In this document: positions 57,633 to 64,000 of the stretch, piece after piece
Numbering within the stretch: the first letter of the stretch is position 1
How the letters are laid out: the number at the start of each line of letters is the position of its first letter
Assembly (NCBI GenBank): GCA_963740315.1
Contig: CAVUDP010000004.1
Span: forward strand, 64,001 to 128,000
Direction of reading: 5' to 3'
Length of the DNA: 64,000 nucleotides
Source of the DNA: an uncultured cyanobacterium
Lineage (GTDB): Bacteria > Cyanobacteriota > Cyanobacteriia > Cyanobacteriales > Nostocaceae
Notes under the pieces: generated by a model
Told to the model about the DNA's origin: nothing
The model's input: only the letters and a program-made list of their open reading frames with translations
Databases searched by the model: none
Made by a program: the position numbers and the translations under genes

Positions 57633-58727
57633 TTATATTTTTTCGAGAATAGACGCAAATCCAGAACAAGTTTGCTGCCAATAATAAGAAGTAGCAACTT
57701 TTTCACGCCCTGCTTCTCCCATTTTTTTGATTAAATCGGGATTTTCGATTAATTTTGAAATGGCTTGAGCTAAAGCTTGAGAATCTGCGGGTGGAACTAA
57801 GAAGCCATTTTTTCCTTCTTCTACTAATTCTGGCATTGCAGTCACATTAGTTGTAATTATTGGTAATCCGTAATGCATCGCTTCTAAAAAGACAATGCCA
57901 AATGTTTCTTGAAAAGAAGGCAGAACAAAAATATCCGCTTCCTCATACAACTGTTTGATATTTTCTTGATCTGCACCATCATGAAATACAACGCATTCAG
58001 TTAGTTTGAGTTTTTTTACAGCATTATTTAATTTATGATAGTAATTTGAATTGTTTTTACGATTTCCGACTAAATGTAAGCTGAAGTTTTGACGTTCAAT
58101 TTGAGAAAAAGCTTCTATCAAATAGAGTATACCTTTCCTGGTCACGTAATTACCCACACATAAGATTTTTTTACTTTGTTTATCGGAGTTCCGATGTGTA
58201 GGTATTGGTGAAATCTTAAATTTATCTCTATCTAATCCCGGCGATAAAACATGAACCAGTTCGGGATTAATTCCCGCAGAAACGATTTCGCTTTTAGAAT
58301 ATTCGCTGCTGGTAACGATTGAATCGGCAAAGGATAATCTGATTTTTTCGATGTATTTACTAATTATTCTTCTAATTACAAACTTATCCTCGCTCTTATA
58401 ACTATAAAATAGATGCACTAGGATAACTATTTTACCTTTCCTAAAAAAACGTTGAATTATATTCGTTAATAATAAATATCGACTAAAATAATGGTCTTCA
58501 ATTAAAATGCCTGTGTATTTAAACAAAACGATCGCCAATATTAAAGATACTAAAATATCCCCAATAATTGGTATTTTGCCCAGTCTTAAAAAATGTCTTT
58601 GTTCGTGCAGGCTGACATATTCTTGTTCCCAACCAAGTTTTTCTAAATATTGTGAAAGTTGATAGTTATAAAGTTCTCCTCCTGTTTGAGGAGGTTTTGC
58701 ACCAGCTAAAAAGAAAACTTTATCCAT
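57633..58727 (-). CDS. GT4 glycosyltransferase
   Basis: TGG..YN, VGN...RKG, ADIFVLPSFQETFGIVFLEAM. Confidence 0.9.
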   Translation of the reverse strand: MDKVFFLAGAKPPQTGGELYNYQLSQYLEKLGWEQEYVSLHEQRHFLRLGKIPIIGDILVSLILAIVLFKYTGILIEDHYFSRYLLLTNIIQRFFRKGKIVILVHLFYSYKSEDKFVIRRIISKYIEKIRLSFADSIVTSSEYSKSEIVSAGINPELVHVLSPGLDRDKFKISPIPTHRNSDKQSKKILCVGNYVTRKGILYLIEAFSQIERQNFSLHLVGNRKNNSNYYHKLNNAVKKLKLTECVVFHDGADQENIKQLYEEADIFVLPSFQETFGIVFLEAMHYGLPIITTNVTAMPELVEEGKNGFLVPPADSQALAQAISKLIENPDLIKKMGEAGREKVATSYYWQQTCSGFASILEKI

Positions 58728-58742
58728 AAAAAACCAATTAGA

Positions 58743-58977
58743 TTTTATAGTTCGTAGTAAGGACTTTAGTCCTCAACCCAGGAGGGCTGAAGCCCTTACT
58801 ACTAGCTTTTATAGTTCGTAGTAAGGACTTTAGTCCTCACCTCAACCCAGGAGGGCTGAAGCCCTTACTACAAGCTTTTATAGTTCGTAGTAAGGACTTT
58901 AGTCCTCACCTCAACCCATGAGGGCTGAAGCCCTTACTACAAGCTTTTATAGTTCGTAGTAAGGACTTTAGTCCTCA
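58743..58977. repeat. Tandem array of 3.5 REPIN units (64-69 bp)
   Basis: Units start at 58743, 58807, 58876 and 58945: TTTTATAGTTCGTAGTAAGGACTTTAGTCCTCA(CCTCA)ACCCAGGAGGGCTGAAGCCCTTACTACAAGC. Confidence 0.92.
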
Positions 58978-58979
58978 AT

Positions 58980-60194
58980 TTAAACAGATACTGGACTATT
59001 TAAACCCGTAAATTTCATCATTCCTTGAGCATAATTTTCCAGGCTACAGTTAGTTGAAACCCAGTTATTACCTTTACTCAAAAGCTCTTTTGTATTTGAT
59101 TTCGTAACATTAACAATAGTTTTAGCAACTGAAAAAGAATCATCGGGATCGACAGTCCATTCGGGTGCAAAATTCTGCAATATCTCGTTAATACCACCAG
59201 TATTGCTACCAACTACCGGAATGCCACAAGCGATCGCTTCTACAACCGTGCGCCCAAAGGGTTCTCGTGGTGCAAGGGTAACGACTATATCTGCGTATCT
59301 ATAATAATCTTCAATATTCAAGGCTGGAGGTAGAATCGTAAACCTATCTGCAACTCCAGCATTTGCAGCAGTTTCAAGTAAATCTTGACTGTAAATCTGT
59401 TCGTCGGATTTATCTTCTCCAATAATTACCGCATGATAATTTTCACCCATTGCTTTTAAATGTGCAAGTACCGGAATCAGCGCTCTGAGATTTTTATCGT
59501 TGACAATTTTAGGTTTGTTGATGCGCGAAGGAGTAAGCATTATCCGCGCTCCGGAATTTATAATAGATTTCAAATTATCGGGAGGAGTGCTATTTGCGCT
59601 TTGAGTATTAAACTGTTTTAAGTCAACTGGTTGATAAAGAATTCCTCGAATATCTGGCATTAAACCACGAATATGTTCTGCCGTAAATTGTGAATTACAA
59701 ATAGCACTGGGAGAAAGACTAGCAAAAGTAATTTTTCTTGCTAAATATCCCATCTGATTATAAGAAAGCGCTAAGTCATGACAAAAATGATAAAGTTTAC
59801 GGTGACTTAAGCGAAGAGATGGTGAGGCTAAAGTTAATGTTAGTAAAGAATTCCGCCAAACGCAATTATCTAATAGTAAAGGAAATTCATGGGGTTGTTT
59901 TCCTACCCATTGCAATGCTCGTTTTAAAAATGCATTGGTATTAGTAGCTTCAATTAGTTTTATACAATTACCTAAACCTGCATCTATAAAATATTTTTCC
60001 ATAAATGAATCTTTATGGATTACAACGCATAATTGTTCTAACAATCCGCAGAGTGCAAAGCCTTTAGCCAACATCAAAAGACTAACAGTTGTACCTCCTA
60101 AAACATCGCAATATCCCGGTACGATAAACAACTTTTTGGTTTGATATTGCCGATTCTCAAATACCTGATTTGTACGGGAAGTAGTAATAGACAT
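58980..60194 (-). CDS. GT4 glycosyltransferase
   Basis: ADIVV.LAPREPFGRTVVEAIACGIPVVGSNTGG. Confidence 0.88.
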   Translation of the reverse strand: MSITTSRTNQVFENRQYQTKKLFIVPGYCDVLGGTTVSLLMLAKGFALCGLLEQLCVVIHKDSFMEKYFIDAGLGNCIKLIEATNTNAFLKRALQWVGKQPHEFPLLLDNCVWRNSLLTLTLASPSLRLSHRKLYHFCHDLALSYNQMGYLARKITFASLSPSAICNSQFTAEHIRGLMPDIRGILYQPVDLKQFNTQSANSTPPDNLKSIINSGARIMLTPSRINKPKIVNDKNLRALIPVLAHLKAMGENYHAVIIGEDKSDEQIYSQDLLETAANAGVADRFTILPPALNIEDYYRYADIVVTLAPREPFGRTVVEAIACGIPVVGSNTGGINEILQNFAPEWTVDPDDSFSVAKTIVNVTKSNTKELLSKGNNWVSTNCSLENYAQGMMKFTGLNSPVSV

Positions 60195-60254
60195 ATTTGA
60201 TAATTATTTCAATTACACGAATTTTTACTTGTCAGTTCATATTTTGCATCATCG

Positions 60255-61277
60255 TTAAAAACCGGGTTTTTTTTGATCTTCTTGAGAATGATGCAAGATA
60301 TTATTTAGCTTAAAACGCAGATAACGCCGAAGTTTTAAACGTAAATACGTTTTTGCTTCTTCAGGAAATAAAGAACATATACCCCGTCGTACAAATCTTT
60401 CAAAGGTATCTTTGCTGCTATGACCGATCGCTCTACTTTCTAGCCAAGTTATCCTAAATATTTTGATAGCTTCTTTATAAGATCCTACACCTTTTTGCAT
60501 TACTTTCAAGCTGCGATAATCGGCATCTCTTGCAATATCAAAATGCTGTTGCAGTCCTAATTTACTGGCAGTTTGATTAATGCATTTTGCTGTATCTTCG
60601 CGTTGTTCGATCAAATGTTGTAAATTATTGCTTCCCGCATTCATATTATTACCATGATGGCGGTAGAACATTAAGGGTTGTTTAATATGTCCTATTTTTC
60701 CATAAAAAGGTACTGTAGCAGTTAAATAAGTATCTCCTCCACGGGGACGTTTGGGAAAAGGTAAGACTTTCTCCAATACCGAACGTCTGTATGCTAAAGC
60801 TGAAGTTACAGCCCAAGCATATCTACCCCACACAAGTAGTAAATGCCTGACATCACCTTGATTGAAAAACGTTGGATCGCGCCCGATAATTGTACCATCT
60901 GCATCAACTGAGGTACGAACGTGAGAAATTTGTACCCAATCGGGATTTTTATTAAACGCCGTTACAACTTTTGCTAATTTTTCTTTGTAATAGTAGTCAT
61001 CAGAATCTAAAAAACAAATAATTTCACCTTTTGAAACAGCAAATCCGGCATTAAATGCTGCACCTTGTCCTCCATTTTGCTGAAATATCGCAATCAATTT
61101 ATCTTGATAACTTTCAATAATCTCTCGCGAAAGATCGGTTGAACCATCATCTACAACTATTAACTCAAAATTTCGGTATGTTTGATTCAAAACACTTTCA
61201 ATTGCTTCACCGATAAATTTACCATAGTTATAGTTACCAATAATCACGCTTACCAAGGGATTTACCGAATCAATCAT
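60255..61277 (-). CDS. GT2 glycosyltransferase
   Basis: VSVII.NYNY, IVVDDGSTD, NGGQ..AFN.G, FLDSDD. Confidence 0.92.
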   Translation of the reverse strand: MIDSVNPLVSVIIGNYNYGKFIGEAIESVLNQTYRNFELIVVDDGSTDLSREIIESYQDKLIAIFQQNGGQGAAFNAGFAVSKGEIICFLDSDDYYYKEKLAKVVTAFNKNPDWVQISHVRTSVDADGTIIGRDPTFFNQGDVRHLLLVWGRYAWAVTSALAYRRSVLEKVLPFPKRPRGGDTYLTATVPFYGKIGHIKQPLMFYRHHGNNMNAGSNNLQHLIEQREDTAKCINQTASKLGLQQHFDIARDADYRSLKVMQKGVGSYKEAIKIFRITWLESRAIGHSSKDTFERFVRRGICSLFPEEAKTYLRLKLRRYLRFKLNNILHHSQEDQKKPGF

Positions 61278-61383
61278 TGGATTCTTACCTCGATTGATAT
61301 GTAGAACTTCATACTAAATAAAAATTGGTGTAATACAATAACAAACAGTGAATGCTTTCCTGCATCATTTAATCGATTCAATA

Positions 61384-62739
61384 TTACTCGCTATTTTTAA
61401 TCGCTGGAGAACCAACTACAGCAGCAAGCAGCACTAACATACAGGCAATCAACTCTCCAAATTCCATCACTGTTGATAACAAAGTATACAAAAGTATGAG
61501 AAAAAACACTGACAAAGGTCTACCCTGTCGAGTTTGATACAGCCAAACTGCAAAAGATATCCAGAATGTTAGAAACATAAGCGTTCCAACGATGCCAATA
61601 TGGTAAAGTAAGGTACCTAATATAAAGCTGTGAGTTCCAACACGCCCTAATTCAAACCCTGGTGCAACTGTCGGACCTACAACCCAATGACCAAATATTG
61701 GTTTATCTGGAATAGCTTCTAAAGTTTGTTGATATATTTCGCTGCGAACTTCAGTAGAGTCAGCACGTACTTCTCCCACTGTTTGTGCTTCCGAGTTGTA
61801 TACCTCTAAAAGTGAGTCTGTGACGCTGGGAAAAGACAATGTTGCAAAACTTATTAATGCGATTAATGCTAAAGGTAGTGCGTAGCCCCAAATTTTCCCA
61901 TAAATAAACGTGTAGCGTAAAATGACAATAATCGGTAATAAAAGCCACACAGAACGAGTTCCACTCACAAGTACCAAGAAGAAACTTCCTGTAAATAATA
62001 ATATCGACCACAAGCGATTTTTAATATCAAGGGAAACTAAGTTAATGTAAGCTACTACTAAAGCTAAAATCTCTGGAATTATAAAGAAGAAACTCCAGCG
62101 TTTTAGACCCGCAACACTTGTATGATAAGGCAAGTAAGGAATTAAATAATTGGATAATCCAGCGCCGTGTTCGTAACTTCCCTCTGCATTTCTAGCAAGT
62201 ATAGAAAAAATTGTTCGGGGATATATATAGTCTCTACCTCCTAAAATCAATTCGCCAATTACCCATAACACCAGCATCTGGATTACAACTAAGCTAAAAG
62301 CCCAAGCGACTACTTCTAAATGCACTCTAATATTGTTACTTTGGATATACCACAGTAGTGCAATCAGCCCATACCAAAATAAAATGTAGCGGACATCTTC
62401 TGCAAAATTGATTTTTCTATCTGTTGCTAATTCATAAAATATTGAACCGATTAATCTGTAACTAGAAAAAATAAATAATGCGATCGCACTCAAGCTAGGT
62501 TTTTTTAAGCGTATTCTTCCGTAACGTCGTTGTTCGTACCAAGCAATACCAAGAAATATCAATGCAGCCATAAATCGGTAGATTCCAATAGTCCACCAAG
62601 CTGCAATCAAACTTATATTCGCACAAACAACTTTTTCTGGAAGGGTAAGATTATTCCATCGTATCCAAATTCCGGAAAATAAATTATCGCGATCGCTTGT
62701 CTTTTTAGAAGCAAGTTTCAACCCTGGATGTTGGTTCAT
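61384..62739 (-). CDS. Wzy polymerase / O-antigen ligase-like membrane protein
   Basis: Multi-TM; SGTRS, STEVRSEIY, PIFGH, GTHS motifs within a polysaccharide cluster. Confidence 0.8.
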   Translation of the reverse strand: MNQHPGLKLASKKTSDRDNLFSGIWIRWNNLTLPEKVVCANISLIAAWWTIGIYRFMAALIFLGIAWYEQRRYGRIRLKKPSLSAIALFIFSSYRLIGSIFYELATDRKINFAEDVRYILFWYGLIALLWYIQSNNIRVHLEVVAWAFSLVVIQMLVLWVIGELILGGRDYIYPRTIFSILARNAEGSYEHGAGLSNYLIPYLPYHTSVAGLKRWSFFFIIPEILALVVAYINLVSLDIKNRLWSILLFTGSFFLVLVSGTRSVWLLLPIIVILRYTFIYGKIWGYALPLALIALISFATLSFPSVTDSLLEVYNSEAQTVGEVRADSTEVRSEIYQQTLEAIPDKPIFGHWVVGPTVAPGFELGRVGTHSFILGTLLYHIGIVGTLMFLTFWISFAVWLYQTRQGRPLSVFFLILLYTLLSTVMEFGELIACMLVLLAAVVGSPAIKNSE

Positions 62740-62795
62740 TTATTAATTTATTAATTAATTTATTAATTCATTCACTTATTTATTAATTTATTAAC
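62737..62795. repeat. AT-rich short tandem repeat
   Basis: ATTTATTA-type octamers repeated with variants. Confidence 0.7.
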
Positions 62796-62946
62796 TGATA
62801 TCGCGTTCGGTTAAACTCTTGCAGTTCAACCTGTGCTATGAGACATACGCAGCGTTACTTTACGCTATTAGCGGAGTGAAGCAGACTACGAAGACTGCAC
62901 GCCTTCATAGGTTGGTTGGTTTCACTCCGTTCGACTCGCAATGATA

Positions 62947-64000
62947 TTACTGTACTGGGGCAATATTTTGTCCGTACATATAGCCTTGCGCTCTTGTTTC
63001 TACACCGTTAACTACTAAACCAGCAATTAAGGCTTTGTGTCGCGTCAATTGTTCGATACTGTCGCAGAAATAGTTACGGTGGCTGCTTGTGGAACGAACT
63101 ACAAACAAAACTTGTGATATTACTTTGGCGATTAATGCTGCTTCTGGTGTCAAAGTTACTGGAGAACTATCTACCAATACATAATCGTAATTACCATTGC
63201 TTTGTACGTAATTCAAATGACGTTCAAATTCCCCACGAGCAACAAATTCGGAAATTTTATCTTCGGCAATATTAACTGATAATAAATCCAGATTGGGACG
63301 GACTTGATTATGTATAAATCGCGAGTCTAAACTTGTTTGTGGCTGATAACCCAAGGATTGTGAAAGCTCTGCTTTGCGGAAATCTCCGTCAACAAGTAGT
63401 ACTTTAAAACCCAAATTGATCAGCGCATTCGCTAACCCTAAAGTAGTTGTAGTTTTACCTTCCCCGGTGGTGGCGCTAGAAATCATTAACCGCCCGGAAT
63501 CTAGCTGCATTAAGCTGACTGCGGAAGCCAAGCGTTGAAATTCTATTTCTCCTCCTAATTCCCGATTCAATTTCCCATTCATATGTTTGATGTAGGGAAT
63601 GCTTGCAAGTACGGGAATGTTGGTTTCTACAATGTCTTTGGGGCTGAGTAAGGGGTTGCGATTTTCCAAAAACAGAACGATCGCAGCACTACCGAAACCA
63701 GAAGCTAATAATGCTCCAAGTAACATTAATCTTAATTTGGGACCGACTGGTTTATTGTTTAAGAGCGGGCTATCTAACACTTGAACGCTAGGATAAGCGC
63801 TGAAAGCACCGAGTTTTGCTTGTTCGGCTTGTGCTACTACGCCGTTGTAAACGCCTTCGGCAATATCGTACTGTCGTTGCACTTCAAGTAGTTTCCCTTG
63901 TTTTGCAGGTAAGGAATTCAAGCTCGCACTCAATTTATCAATAGCCGGTTTGAGTTGTTCGGCTTTTTCCTGCATCCCTATAGCTTGGCTTTCCGCTAAA
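62947..64000 (-). CDS. wzc: Wzc/GumC-type polysaccharide co-polymerase with tyrosine-kinase domain, 3' part
   Basis: Coiled coil, VQVLDSP, TM, Walker A GEGKTT, VLLVDGDFR, YDYVLVDSSP; frame is open to the window edge. Confidence 0.85.
   Translation of the reverse strand, partial: LAESQAIGMQEKAEQLKPAIDKLSASLNSLPAKQGKLLEVQRQYDIAEGVYNGVVAQAEQAKLGAFSAYPSVQVLDSPLLNNKPVGPKLRLMLLGALLASGFGSAAIVLFLENRNPLLSPKDIVETNIPVLASIPYIKHMNGKLNRELGGEIEFQRLASAVSLMQLDSGRLMISSATTGEGKTTTTLGLANALINLGFKVLLVDGDFRKAELSQSLGYQPQTSLDSRFIHNQVRPNLDLLSVNIAEDKISEFVARGEFERHLNYVQSNGNYDYVLVDSSPVTLTPEAALIAKVISQVLFVVRSTSSHRNYFCDSIEQLTRHKALIAGLVVNGVETRAQGYMYGQNIAPVQ

Larger units (their letters stand above)
60..62696. other. HIP1 octamer GCGATCGC dispersed across the window
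   Basis: More than 30 exact copies counted by eye (for example at 60, 1745, 10993, 13921, 26311, 32503, 38803); hallmark of many cyanobacteria. Confidence 0.9.

Noticed and set aside
57602..57706. Upstream start for the GT4 gene
   Set aside because: It overlaps the preceding gene by 74 bp; ATG 57601 has a better SD.
58743..58977. CRISPR array
   Set aside because: The would-be spacers are near-identical and palindromic, and there are no cas genes; it is a tandem REPIN repeat.

Overview
AT-rich chromosomal window from a filamentous, most likely heterocyst-forming cyanobacterium (Nostocales; inferred from more than 30 HIP1 GCGATCGC sites, heptameric STRR repeats, an xisH/xisI pair, the flv4-sll0218-flv2 operon and crtW). 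Layout: rfbB end and housekeeping genes including pedR (1-6.6 kb); an accessory, partly decaying region (6.8-23.3 kb) with a broken vapBC pair, several pseudogenes, an atypical SSB, tetR plus two tandem amidases, xisHI, and a type II restriction-modification pair bracketed by an exact 60-bp direct repeat; the flv4-2 operon; an Rpn-family gene with a strong internal start site; crtW, sppA, fni and a flavodoxin; and an exopolysaccharide cluster (53.6-64 kb). The most interesting block is a 12.5-kb cassette (40.8-53.4 kb): DUF928, membrane CHAT-CHASE2 protease, griffithsin-like jacalin lectin, sigma-70-like factor, DUF1822, TpsA-like exoprotein and exported TPR-CHAT protease. It looks like a complete trans-envelope proteolytic signalling system, but that reading is inference. 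Intergenic DNA carries many REP/REPIN-like and MITE-like elements, including a tandem REPIN array that mimics a CRISPR. No rRNA, tRNA or true CRISPR was recognised. All family assignments are from motif recognition by eye; no searches were run.
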